A stretch of DNA of 64,000 bases from Candidatus Limnocylindrales bacterium (GTDB lineage: Bacteria; Chloroflexota; Limnocylindria; QHBO01), in assembly GCA_035540715.1 (NCBI GenBank), contig DATLGA010000041.1, forward strand, positions 17,496-81,495, written 5' to 3'. The position numbers were made by a program, and so were the translations under genes. Each line of letters begins with the position of its first letter. The stretch's first letter is position 1. The notes beneath the pieces were generated by a model. That model did not search any database. It saw nothing but the letters and a program-made list of their open reading frames with translations, and had not been told where the DNA came from. Of the stretch, positions 1-8,972 are shown piece by piece.

Positions 1-94
1 AGGGCAGGCCGGCGATGCCAGCCGACGCCTGGCGCCGCGGGCTGGCGCGTGAGCACGTGTTGCTCGGCGCCGGCCGGCCCGAGCACGTCCTCGG

Positions 95-676
95 CTAGGA
101 AGAGATCGAGGTCGGCTCCCGGCCGATCTCCTCGCCGGGGAGGTGCAGGAGGTTCCGCACCGCCCACACGCCGGGGATCTGCTCGACGGCGGCGACGAGC
201 GAGCCGCGCATGGCCTCGTCGGGCACCTCGCCGCGCAGGACCACGATGCCGCGCTCGACGTTGATGTTCAGTGACCCCTTCGGCACGGCCGGATCACGGA
301 ACAGCTCGGTCTGGACCCGCGAGGCGAGGGTGACGTCGTCCGGGAACGGGTCCCGGTCCTCGCCACCGTGCCGCACCGCCGCCACGCGACCGCGGACGTC
401 ACTCTGCACCCGATTGGCGATGCGACCGCTGGCGCGGGCGCCCCGGCGGACCGTCGCCGCTGCCTGGTCCGCCAGGCGAGCCCGGCGTGACCGGCCACGC
501 TGCGGATCCATGAGGTAGGCAAGGCCCGCGCCGGCCAGGCCCGCGCCGAGCGCGACCATGAGCCGATCGCGCCAGCCGGCACCCCGGTCCTCGCCATGGA
601 TGGCGGCCCGGGCGCGGCGCGCCGCCTCGTTCGAAGCCTGCTCACCGCCGGTCAACAGGCGGTCGAGAATGTTCAT
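95..676 (-). CDS. BON-domain membrane protein (OsmY-like), N-terminal TM helix
   Basis: ORF track 193 aa; C-terminal BON-like motif (GIVVLRGEVPDEAMRGSLVAAVEQIPGV), hydrophobic segment LMVALGAGLAGAGLAYL; divergent from downstream peptidase. Confidence 0.6.
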   Translation of the reverse strand: MNILDRLLTGGEQASNEAARRARAAIHGEDRGAGWRDRLMVALGAGLAGAGLAYLMDPQRGRSRRARLADQAAATVRRGARASGRIANRVQSDVRGRVAAVRHGGEDRDPFPDDVTLASRVQTELFRDPAVPKGSLNINVERGIVVLRGEVPDEAMRGSLVAAVEQIPGVWAVRNLLHLPGEEIGREPTSISS

Positions 677-805
677 GTCGGTTCCTCCAGTCTCAGATCG
701 CCATGCTCCTCCGCAGGCTGCGTGCCGGACCGACGCCGGCCCCGCGGAACCCGAATTCGAGGTCGGATATACTCGGATCGGCCCTCACGGAGGTGGGCTC
801 AACCG

Positions 806-1531
806 ATGATCTTCGACCCGCTCTACATCTTCGCCGTCCTCATCCCGACGATCGCCATCACGGGGTGGGCGGCCTGGCGCGTCCGATCGACCTACGGCAA
901 GTGGGCCAAGGTCGACTCGGGCATCAACATGGATGCCTTCGACTTCGCCCGCCGGCTCCTCGACCGGCAGGGGCTGCAGCACGTTCGGATCGAACCCACC
1001 CCCGGGCAGCTGACCGATCACTACGATCCGCGGGGCAAGGTGCTGCGCGTCAGCACCCAGGTCGCCGACGCATCGGCACTCGAATCGGCGGGCTTCCGCG
1101 GCGGCACCCAGCGCCTCTCGGTCGCGGCGGCGGCGGTCATCGCCCACGAGGTCGGCCATGCCCTCCAGCACCAGGAGAACGACCCGATGATGGCGCTGCG
1201 CCAGGCGATCGTGCCGGCGGCCCAGTTCGGGTCGGGCATCGCCCCGTGGCTCGTCATCGCGGGCGTGCTCCTCCAGTTCACCGGGCTCGCCATCGTGGGG
1301 CTCATCGGCTTCGGGGCGGCCGTGCTGTTCACCTTCGCGACGCTGCCGGTCGAGATCGGCGCGTCGGGCAAGGCGCTCGCCTTCGTGAACGGCATCGGCC
1401 TCGCCGGCGAGCGGCAGGACGGCGCCCGCGCCGTCCTGAAGGCGGCCGCCTGGACCTACGTCGCGGGCGCGCTCACCGCGCTGCTGACGTTCCTCTACTA
1501 CGCGTACCTGATCTTTGGTCGGCGGCACTGA
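806..1531 (+). CDS. membrane zinc metallopeptidase (COG2738-like), HExxH
   Basis: Start ATG 806 after GGAGGTGGG; motif HEVGHALQH; hydrophobic C-terminal half; longer ORF-track start at 596 would overlap the divergent BON gene promoter region. Confidence 0.7.
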   Translation: MIFDPLYIFAVLIPTIAITGWAAWRVRSTYGKWAKVDSGINMDAFDFARRLLDRQGLQHVRIEPTPGQLTDHYDPRGKVLRVSTQVADASALESAGFRGGTQRLSVAAAAVIAHEVGHALQHQENDPMMALRQAIVPAAQFGSGIAPWLVIAGVLLQFTGLAIVGLIGFGAAVLFTFATLPVEIGASGKALAFVNGIGLAGERQDGARAVLKAAAWTYVAGALTALLTFLYYAYLIFGRRH

Positions 1532-2666
1532 GCTCACGCTCGCCGCGCCGCCCCCGGCGATCAGCGAGGTCGACCCGGCAACGCTCGCCGCGTGGCTCGA
1601 AGCCCGCGGCGAGCCGGCGTATCGGACGCGCCAGGTCCTCGAGGGCGCGCACCGGCCGGACGCGGCGGGCTTCGACGACCTGACCGAGCTTCCGAAGACG
1701 CTGCGCGTCGAGCTCGGGCGGGCCTTCCGGTTCAGCACCATCGCCGACAGCCACGTCATCGGCGCGGATGCGGGGCTGACCGCCAAGGCGGTCCACGAGC
1801 TGGCTGACGGCCAGCGCATCGAATCGGTCCTCATGCGCTACCCCGCGCGGGCACCGTCGTCGGAGCGCACGACCGTCTGCATCAGCTCGCAGGCCGGGTG
1901 CGCCGTCAACTGCCCGTTCTGCGCGACCGGGCAGGCCGGCTTCGGCCGCCAGCTGACGCCGGGGGAAATCGTCGACCAGGTGCTGCACTGGCACCGGCCG
2001 CCGTGGCGGGCGCTCGGTGACGCGTCTCGCGGCCATTACAACATCGTCTTCATGGGCATGGGGGAGCCGCTCAACAACGCCGACCGCGTCTTCGAGGCCG
2101 TGCGCCTCCTCAACGATGCGGGACGGCTCGGCATCGGCGCGCGCCACATCACCGTCTCGACGTCGGGCGTCGTCCCGGGCATGGACCGCATGGTCGAGGA
2201 GCTGCCCCAGGTGAACCTGGCCATCAGCCTCCACGCCGCGACCGACTCGCTGCGCGACGAGCTCGTACCCATCAACCGCAAGTGGCCGGTCGCCGACGTT
2301 GTGGCCGCGGGCCGGCGCTTCGCGGCGCGCACCGGGCGCCGGGTGAGCCTCGAGTACGTGATGATCGACGGCGTCAATGACACCGACGAGCAGGCCGCCG
2401 GCCTGGTGAGGCTTGCCCGCGGCTGGCGCTCGCATGTCAACCTCATCCCGCTCAATCCGACCCCGGGTTCCCGGTGGAGCGGCACGCCGCCGCGCCGGAT
2501 CCGGGCGTTCGTCGAGACCCTCGAGGCGGGCGGCCTTTCGGTCACGGTACGCGACACGAGGGGCCGCGAGATCGACGCGGCCTGCGGGCAGCTCCACGCG
2601 CAGCTGGCCGGCAAGGCGCTCCGCGAGGCGCGCGTCACGACGGGTGCCGGTGAGGGAGCGACGTGA
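1515..2666 (+). CDS. rlmN: 23S rRNA/tRNA (adenine-C2)-methyltransferase RlmN, radical SAM
   Basis: CISSQAGCAVNCPFCATGQ radical-SAM cysteine motif, conserved RlmN N-terminus (YRTRQVLEG). Confidence 0.9.
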   Translation: MVGGTELTLAAPPPAISEVDPATLAAWLEARGEPAYRTRQVLEGAHRPDAAGFDDLTELPKTLRVELGRAFRFSTIADSHVIGADAGLTAKAVHELADGQRIESVLMRYPARAPSSERTTVCISSQAGCAVNCPFCATGQAGFGRQLTPGEIVDQVLHWHRPPWRALGDASRGHYNIVFMGMGEPLNNADRVFEAVRLLNDAGRLGIGARHITVSTSGVVPGMDRMVEELPQVNLAISLHAATDSLRDELVPINRKWPVADVVAAGRRFAARTGRRVSLEYVMIDGVNDTDEQAAGLVRLARGWRSHVNLIPLNPTPGSRWSGTPPRRIRAFVETLEAGGLSVTVRDTRGREIDAACGQLHAQLAGKALREARVTTGAGEGAT

Positions 2667-3364
2667 CCCGCAATCCGCAGATCAGCGCATCGATCCTCAA
2701 CGCCGACTTCGGGCGCCTCTCCGACGAGGTGCGCCGGGCGGCCGGCGGCGGCGTCGACTCGATCCACCTCGACGTCATGGACGGTCACTTCGTCGACAAC
2801 CTGACGATGGGCCCGGTCGTGGTCGACGCGGTCCGGGCCGCCACCGACCTGCCCTTCCACAGCCACCTCATGATCGACAACCCGCTCGCGTACGCCGAGC
2901 GCTTCGCCGAGGCGGGGAGCGACCTGATCGTCTTCCACGTCGAGGCGCCCGATCCCGCGGACGAGGTGATCGGCGCGATCGTCGAGGCCGGCAAGCGCCC
3001 CGGCATCGCGCTCAATCCCGAGACGCCGGCCGAGGCGGTCATGCCGTACCTCGAGCGCGTGGACCTCGTGCTCGTCATGACCGTCAATCCCGGGTGGGGC
3101 GGCCAGTCGTTCATCGGCGAGGTGATGCCGAAGCTCGCGGGCCTCCGCGACGAGATCGATCGTCGCGGCCTGGCGGTCGATCTGGGTGTCGACGGCGGGG
3201 TGAACCGTGAGACGATCGGCCGCGCCTTCGGCGCCGGGGGAGACGTCCTCGTCACCGGCAGCGCCCTGTACAGTACCGCTGGCGACCTGGCGCCCACGGT
3301 CGCCGCGCTGCGCGAGGCTGCCCTCGCCGGCACCGACGCCGATACCGACGCCGAAAGGACCTGA
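2663..3364 (+). CDS. rpe: ribulose-phosphate 3-epimerase
   Basis: GTG start overlapping rlmN stop (GTGA); ASILNADFGRLSDEV, HLDVMDGHFVDNLTMGP. Confidence 0.9.
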   Translation: MTRNPQISASILNADFGRLSDEVRRAAGGGVDSIHLDVMDGHFVDNLTMGPVVVDAVRAATDLPFHSHLMIDNPLAYAERFAEAGSDLIVFHVEAPDPADEVIGAIVEAGKRPGIALNPETPAEAVMPYLERVDLVLVMTVNPGWGGQSFIGEVMPKLAGLRDEIDRRGLAVDLGVDGGVNRETIGRAFGAGGDVLVTGSALYSTAGDLAPTVAALREAALAGTDADTDAERT

Positions 3365-3366
3365 CG

Positions 3367-5025
3367 CTGCTGCCTCGCCGATCCCGCCTGTCCATCGTCT
3401 CCATCCTCGCGGTGGCCACCCTGGCCCTGGCAGCCTGTGGCGAGGAGGGCCCGCAGCTCCCCTTCGTCCCCACGCCGGAGCCCACGCCCGAGCAGCCGCG
3501 TGAGGTGACCATCCAGGTCGTCTCGCGAGGATCGGCGGAGCCGGTCAGCGGGGCCGAGCTCGTGGTCGACGGCACCGTCGCCGGGACGGATGCGGACGGC
3601 ACCGCGCGGCTGACCGCCATGCGCGGCGCCGCCGTGGAAGCCAGCGCGCCGGGCCATGACCCGGGCGAGGGCGTCGTCCCCGAGGAGGGCGACCTGACGA
3701 TCGAGCTGCGGCCGAACGTCGTCCGCGGCACGCTGGTCGACCGTGACGGCGAGCCGGTCGTCGGCGCGCGCGTCTTCGTCGAGGGGACCGACGCCGTCGT
3801 GCGCACCGACGACGCTGGCGCCTACGAGCTGCCCGACGTGCCCGAGGCGGGCACGCTCGTCTACAAGATGCCGGGCTACCGGCTCGGCCTCATCGAGATC
3901 GACGAGGAGATGACGAAGGACCTGGTCATGCAGCCGTTCGAGGCGCGTGCGCTGTACGCGCCGGCGGCGGTGTTCGAGGCGCCCGGACGGCTCGAAGCGA
4001 TGCTCGACCTCATCGACCGCACCGAGGTCAACGCGCTCGTCATCGACGTGAAGGAGACCGACGGCCGCCTGTTCTACGCCACCGACCTGCCCGAGGCAGC
4101 GGAGGTGGGCGCGGTGCGCGAAGCGCCGATCTTCGACCCGGCGGAGCTGCTTCCACAGCTGCGCGAGCGGGGAATCTACACGATTGCCCGAATGGTCGTC
4201 ATGAAGGACAACACCGTGGCCGCGGCGCGGCCCGAGCTGGCCGTCATGAACACCTCGACCGGCGAGCCGTGGCGCGACAACATCGGAGGAGCGTGGCTCG
4301 ACCCCGCGGCGCCCGGCGTCGCGGAGTACACCGCGGCCATCGCCCGTGACCTCGCGGACAAGGGCTTCGACGAGGTGCAGCTCGACTACATCCGGTTCTT
4401 CAGCGACGGGCCGTACGCCGTGGCCGATACGAATCTGCCGAACACCCAGTCCTTCCGTTTGCCGGCGATCCAGCGCGTCCTGCGGGTGGTGAGCGACGCG
4501 GTCGCCCCGACGCGCGCGTTCCTCTCGGCCGACGTCTTCCCGATCAGCTTCATCGTCCCCGACGACCAGGGGATCGGGCAGCGGCCCGAGGTGATCATGC
4601 CGTACGTCGACTACTTCAGCCCGATGATCTATCCGAGCCACTACGGGCCCGGCGTCTTCGGCTTCGAGGTGCCGAACAACTTCCCGTACGAGGTGGTGGA
4701 CCGGACCCTCGAGATCATGAACCGGCAGGCCGAGGGGCTCCCCATCGTGATCCGGCCCTGGATCCAGGACTTCGGCTACGGTCAGTTCCCGCCCTACACC
4801 GCGGACCAGGTGCGCGCGCAGATGACCGCGGCGGCCGACCGCGGGGCAGCCGGCTGGATGATCTGGAACGCACGCGCGGCCTTCACCGAGGCGGCCCTCG
4901 CCCCACCCCGCGACGGCGAGGGGTGGGGCCCGGTGACGACGGCGGAGCCGCCCGCCACACCGAGCCCGGAGCCCGACGCGGTGCCGACCGACGGTGCCTC
5001 GCCATCGCCCGACGCCACGCCCTGA
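3367..5025 (+). CDS. lipoprotein, putative TIM-barrel glycoside-hydrolase-like (COG1306/DUF4015-like) with N-terminal beta-sandwich (carboxypeptidase-regulatory-like) domain
   Basis: ORF-track start GTG 3412 cuts a signal peptide; upstream in-frame RRSRLSIVSILAVATLALAAC gives n-region plus lipobox LAAC, implying CTG start near 3367-3370; body matches DUF4015-type motif (EVNALVIDVKETDGRLFY...). Confidence 0.55.
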   Translation: MLPRRSRLSIVSILAVATLALAACGEEGPQLPFVPTPEPTPEQPREVTIQVVSRGSAEPVSGAELVVDGTVAGTDADGTARLTAMRGAAVEASAPGHDPGEGVVPEEGDLTIELRPNVVRGTLVDRDGEPVVGARVFVEGTDAVVRTDDAGAYELPDVPEAGTLVYKMPGYRLGLIEIDEEMTKDLVMQPFEARALYAPAAVFEAPGRLEAMLDLIDRTEVNALVIDVKETDGRLFYATDLPEAAEVGAVREAPIFDPAELLPQLRERGIYTIARMVVMKDNTVAAARPELAVMNTSTGEPWRDNIGGAWLDPAAPGVAEYTAAIARDLADKGFDEVQLDYIRFFSDGPYAVADTNLPNTQSFRLPAIQRVLRVVSDAVAPTRAFLSADVFPISFIVPDDQGIGQRPEVIMPYVDYFSPMIYPSHYGPGVFGFEVPNNFPYEVVDRTLEIMNRQAEGLPIVIRPWIQDFGYGQFPPYTADQVRAQMTAAADRGAAGWMIWNARAAFTEAALAPPRDGEGWGPVTTAEPPATPSPEPDAVPTDGASPSPDATP

Positions 5026-5030
5026 GCGCG

Positions 5031-5489
5031 GTGCGCCTCGTCGTGCAGCGCGTCACGCGCGCATCGGCCCACAGCCAGGGGACGCTCCTCGGGCGCATCG
5101 ACAGGGGGGCGCTCGTCCTCGCGGGCGTCGGGCGCGACGACACGCCGGAGATCGTCGATCGGATGGCGGACAAGCTGGTCGGCCTGCGCTACTTCGAGGA
5201 CGCCGACGGCCGCACGAACCTGTCGATCGACGAAGCCGGTGGGTCGCTGCTGGTCGTGAGCCAGTTCACGCTCTACGCCGACCTGCGCCGCGGTCGCCGC
5301 CCCGGCTTCACCCGGGCCGCGCTCCCGGAGCTGGCCACGCCGCTGATCGATCGGTTCACCGCACGGCTGCGGCAGCTCGGCGTCACGGTCGCGACCGGTC
5401 GGTTCGGCGCCGAGATGGACGTCGAGCTCGTCAACGACGGCCCGTTCACGCTCGTCCTGGACTCCGATCGCGACCTCGGGCCGGCCTGA
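5031..5489 (+). CDS. dtd: D-aminoacyl-tRNA deacylase
   Basis: GTG 5031 start; VRLVVQRVTRASAH..SQFTLYAD motifs; ORF-track N-terminal extension (from 4923) overlaps preceding gene and is not conserved. Confidence 0.85.
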   Translation: MRLVVQRVTRASAHSQGTLLGRIDRGALVLAGVGRDDTPEIVDRMADKLVGLRYFEDADGRTNLSIDEAGGSLLVVSQFTLYADLRRGRRPGFTRAALPELATPLIDRFTARLRQLGVTVATGRFGAEMDVELVNDGPFTLVLDSDRDLGPA

Positions 5490-5552
5490 GACAGCACGAC
5501 GCCCGCGTCCGGTCGGACGCGGGCGCATCGGCGCGCGGGTGGGAGGGAGAGG

Positions 5553-5744
5553 TTAGACCTTCTGGGCCGTGCGGCGGCAGCGGCTGCAGGCCTTCACCTT
5601 GGTGACCTTGCCATCGGTGGTGATGGTCATCGGCTGAAGGTTGGGCAGCCACCGGCGCAGGGCGCGCTTGCGGTTCATCCCCACCGACTGGGGATTCCAG
5701 CCGGTGATCGGGCGCTTGCCGCAGAGGTCGCAGACGCGTGCCAT
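5553..5744 (-). CDS. rpmB: 50S ribosomal protein L28
   Basis: C-terminal 63 aa of the 739-aa antisense ORF: MARVCDLCGKRPITGWNPQSVGMNRKRALRRWLPNLQ...; ATG (rc of CAT 5742-5744), stop TAA rc at 5553-5555; rest of that long ORF is antisense to recG. Confidence 0.9.
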   Translation of the reverse strand: MARVCDLCGKRPITGWNPQSVGMNRKRALRRWLPNLQPMTITTDGKVTKVKACSRCRRTAQKV

Positions 5745-5801
5745 GGTCGAGTTCGGTCTCCAATCACAAGGGAACCGGCGCGGTGCGCCGGCGCGGCCGC
5801 G

Positions 5802-7907
5802 ATGGTAGCACGCTACGATCGGCCCATGCAATCGAGCCGGGGCCTCCACGCCGAGGACCTCGACCGGCCGATCCGAACGGTGCTGCCGGAGCTCGCGCGC
5901 GGCACCGCCAGCCTCGGGAAGCTCGGCATCGTCACCCCGCGTGACGCCCTCTGGTACCTGCCCTTTCGCTACGACGACTACAGCGATCTGCGCCCGCTCG
6001 CCGAGCTCGTGCCCGACGACAAGCAGTCGGCGCGCGTCCGCGTCGAGGCCGTGCGCGTCGAGCCCGGATTCGGCCGGAGACCACAGCGGGTGATCGCGCA
6101 GGTCAGCGACGACAGTGGGAGCGCCGAAGCCGTCTGGTTCGGCCGTCGCTTCGTCGAACGGCGTTTGAGCCAGGGCGACGAGATCATCCTCTCCGGCAAG
6201 GTCAGCCAGCGCGGCTGGCGATCGCAGTTCACCTCGCCGGAGTTCAGCCCCGCAGGCCGCGAGTCGGTCCATACCGGGCGCGTCGTGCCGGTCTATCACC
6301 TGGCCGGCGGCGTGACGCAGAAGCGGCTGCGTGAGCTCCTGGCCCGAATCCTCGAGGCCGCGCTGCCGGTCGTGGAGGACCCGCTCGAGGCGGGGGAGCG
6401 GCGCGGGCTTCCCCCGCTGGCCGACGCGCTGCGAGCCGCGCACTTTCCCGAGCAGGCCGGTGACGTGACGCCGGCGCTCGACCGCCTCGCCTTCGACGAG
6501 CTGGTGGCGCTCCAGCTCACCCTGGCACAGGCGCGCGCAGCGCGGGACCAGCTGCGGGCGCCCGCCATTCGCGTCGCCGACCCCGATCGTGCCGAGATCA
6601 TCGACGCACTGCCGTTCGAGCTCACCGACGACCAGCGGAGTGCGGTCGAGGCCATCGCCGCCGACATGGCGCGTGAGCGCCCGATGCGCCGGCTTCTCCA
6701 GGGAGACGTGGGCAGCGGCAAGACGGCCGTCGCGGCGGTGGCCCTTGCGAGCGCGGTGCGCGCCGGGTGGCAGGGTGCGCTCATGGCGCCGACCGAGGTC
6801 CTCGCCCGTCAGCACCACGCCGGGCTCGCTCCGCTCCTGGATCGGCTCGGCGTGCGAGCCGAGTTCCTGTCGGGGTCGCTCACGCCGGCCCGCAAGCGCG
6901 AGATTCACGACGCAATCGGCGGCGGCCTGGCGGAGGTCGTGATCGGCACGCACGCCGTCATCAGCGAAGCGGTCGCGTTCCCACGGCTGGCCCTCGCCAT
7001 CGTCGACGAGCAGCACCGCTTCGGGGTCGGGCAGCGCGCCGCCCTGCAGGCGAAGGGCAGCGGAGGGGAGCCGCACGTGCTCGCCCTGACCGCGACGCCG
7101 ATCCCGCGGACGCTGGCGCTGAGCGTGTACGGCGACCTGGCGATCAGCACGATTCGGCAGATGCCCCCGGGTCGCCGTCCGATCCGAACCGAGATCCGCG
7201 ACCGGCGCGCGCTCCCGAAGATCCAGGCGTTCGTCGCCGCCGAGGCCGCCGAAGGGCGGCAATCGTTCGTCGTCGTGCCGCTCGTCGCCGAGTCCGACGC
7301 GCTCCAGGCCGCCAGTGCGGAGGCGGAGGCCGAGCGCCTGCGCGGGGCGCTGCCCGACCTGCGGATCGGGCTCGTCCACGGGCAGCAGAAGGCGGACGTG
7401 CGCGATGCCACGATGACCGCCTTCGCATCGGGAGAGATCGACGTGCTCGTGGCCACGACCGTCGTCGAGGTCGGGATCGACGTCCCGAACGCGAGTGTCA
7501 TGGTCATCGAGGACGCGGAGCGCTTCGGGCTCGCCCAGCTCCACCAGCTGCGCGGCCGCGTGGGGCGCGGCCTGCATCGGTCGTTCTGCATCCTCGTCTC
7601 GGACGCCACCGACGAGCTGGCGCAGCAGCGGCTCGAGGTGGTTCGCGGATCGAACGACGGGTTCGCGATCGCCGAGGCCGACCTGCAGCTGCGCGGTGCC
7701 GGGAACCTGCTCGGCACGCGACAGTCGGGCCTGCCCCCGCTGCGAGTGGCGTCGCTGTTCGAGCCGCGTCATGTCCGCCTGGCCGAGCGCGCGCGATCGC
7801 TGGCCGATCGCCTCATTGCGGCCGATCCGACCCTCGCCCGCCGGCCCGGCCTCGCGCGCCTGCAGACCGACTTCGCGGCCATGGAAGAGGAGGGGGACGC
7901 GGCCTGA
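5802..7907 (+). CDS. recG: ATP-dependent DNA helicase RecG
   Basis: GDVGSGKT Walker A, DEQHRFGV, LALTATPIPRTLAL; 701 aa. Confidence 0.9.
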   Translation: MVARYDRPMQSSRGLHAEDLDRPIRTVLPELARGTASLGKLGIVTPRDALWYLPFRYDDYSDLRPLAELVPDDKQSARVRVEAVRVEPGFGRRPQRVIAQVSDDSGSAEAVWFGRRFVERRLSQGDEIILSGKVSQRGWRSQFTSPEFSPAGRESVHTGRVVPVYHLAGGVTQKRLRELLARILEAALPVVEDPLEAGERRGLPPLADALRAAHFPEQAGDVTPALDRLAFDELVALQLTLAQARAARDQLRAPAIRVADPDRAEIIDALPFELTDDQRSAVEAIAADMARERPMRRLLQGDVGSGKTAVAAVALASAVRAGWQGALMAPTEVLARQHHAGLAPLLDRLGVRAEFLSGSLTPARKREIHDAIGGGLAEVVIGTHAVISEAVAFPRLALAIVDEQHRFGVGQRAALQAKGSGGEPHVLALTATPIPRTLALSVYGDLAISTIRQMPPGRRPIRTEIRDRRALPKIQAFVAAEAAEGRQSFVVVPLVAESDALQAASAEAEAERLRGALPDLRIGLVHGQQKADVRDATMTAFASGEIDVLVATTVVEVGIDVPNASVMVIEDAERFGLAQLHQLRGRVGRGLHRSFCILVSDATDELAQQRLEVVRGSNDGFAIAEADLQLRGAGNLLGTRQSGLPPLRVASLFEPRHVRLAERARSLADRLIAADPTLARRPGLARLQTDFAAMEEEGDAA

Positions 7908-8452
7908 TGCGCGTGATCGCAGGCTCGGCGCGCGGCGTCCCGCTCGGCGCGCCGCGCGACCGCGGCACGCGCCCGATCACCGACCGGGTCAAGGAGACGC
8001 TGTTCGCCATCCTCGGCGACCGAGTCCCCGACGCGCGCGTCCTGGATCTCTACGCCGGCAGCGGTGCGATCGGAATCGAGGCGCTCTCACGGGGAGCGGC
8101 GTCGGCCGACTTCGTCGAGCGCGCGCGCCCGGCCCTGGTGGCCCTGCGCCAAAACCTCGAGCGCACGCGCCTGGGCGGCCACGCCCGCGTCCACGCCACC
8201 GACGTCGAGCGCTTCGCCGATGCTGCGGAGGGCACGTGGGATCTCGTCGTTGCCGATCCGCCGTACGACGACGCCCGTGCTATCGTGGCGCCGCTTCGAG
8301 ACGTGGCGTCGTGGCTGGCACCCGGCGGGACGCTCGTGCTCAAGCACTTCTGGCGCGACCCGCCGCCGGAGATCGAACGGATGCGCGTCAGCCGGCAACG
8401 GCGCTTCGGCGAGACGATGCTCACCTTCATGGAGGCGGCCGACGAGTCATGA
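7907..8452 (+). CDS. rsmD: 16S rRNA (guanine966-N2)-methyltransferase RsmD
   Basis: ATG 7907 overlaps recG TGA (ATGA... 1 nt); LDLYAGSGAIGIEALSRGA, VVADPPY motif. Confidence 0.85.
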   Translation: MRVIAGSARGVPLGAPRDRGTRPITDRVKETLFAILGDRVPDARVLDLYAGSGAIGIEALSRGAASADFVERARPALVALRQNLERTRLGGHARVHATDVERFADAAEGTWDLVVADPPYDDARAIVAPLRDVASWLAPGGTLVLKHFWRDPPPEIERMRVSRQRRFGETMLTFMEAADES

Positions 8453-8943
8453 CGAGAGTGGCGGTCTTTCCCGGTTCGTTCGATCCGATGACGAATGCCC
8501 ACCTCGACGTCGCCCGTCGTGCCTCGGGCCTCTTCGACCGGCTCGTCATCGGCGTCCTCAACAATCCGAGAAAGGAGCCGCTGTTCGACATCGCCGAGCG
8601 CACCGCCCTCATCGAGGCATGCGTGGCCGACCTCGGCAGCCACGTGACGGTGGATGCGTTCGACGGCTTGACCGTGGACTTCGCCCGGCATCACGGCGCC
8701 GGCTTCATCGTGCGCGGCCTGCGCGCGGTCAGCGACTTCGAGGCGGAGCTCCAGATGGCGCTGACGAACCGGAAGCTGGCTCCCGAGGTCGACACCGCCT
8801 TCCTCATGACGGCGCTCGAGTACGGCTATGTGAGCTCGTCGCTGACCAAGGAGGTCGCGCGGTTCGGCGGCGACATCGGCCCGATGGTCCCGCCGCCGGT
8901 GGCCGCCGCGCTTCGCGAGCGGCTGGCCGAGCCGCGCGTATAA
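8449..8943 (+). CDS. coaD: phosphopantetheine adenylyltransferase
   Basis: ATG 8449 overlaps rsmD TGA; VFPGSFDPMTNAHLD (HxGH-type motif). Confidence 0.9.
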   Translation: MTRVAVFPGSFDPMTNAHLDVARRASGLFDRLVIGVLNNPRKEPLFDIAERTALIEACVADLGSHVTVDAFDGLTVDFARHHGAGFIVRGLRAVSDFEAELQMALTNRKLAPEVDTAFLMTALEYGYVSSSLTKEVARFGGDIGPMVPPPVAAALRERLAEPRV

Positions 8944-8972
8944 TCCGGCCAAGGAGGGCCGTCGCCACGGAC

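Noticed and set aside
785-4641. Reverse-strand ORFs 785..1834, 1473..2597, 2036..2938, 2785..4641
   Set aside because: Antisense to metallopeptidase/rlmN/rpe/lipoprotein genes that carry diagnostic motifs; Arg/Pro/Gly-rich compositions.
5745-7772. N-terminal 676 aa of the 739-aa reverse-strand ORF 5553..7772
   Set aside because: Antisense to conserved recG; only the C-terminal 63 aa (ribosomal protein L28) match a known protein, so the gene is called as rpmB 5553..5744.
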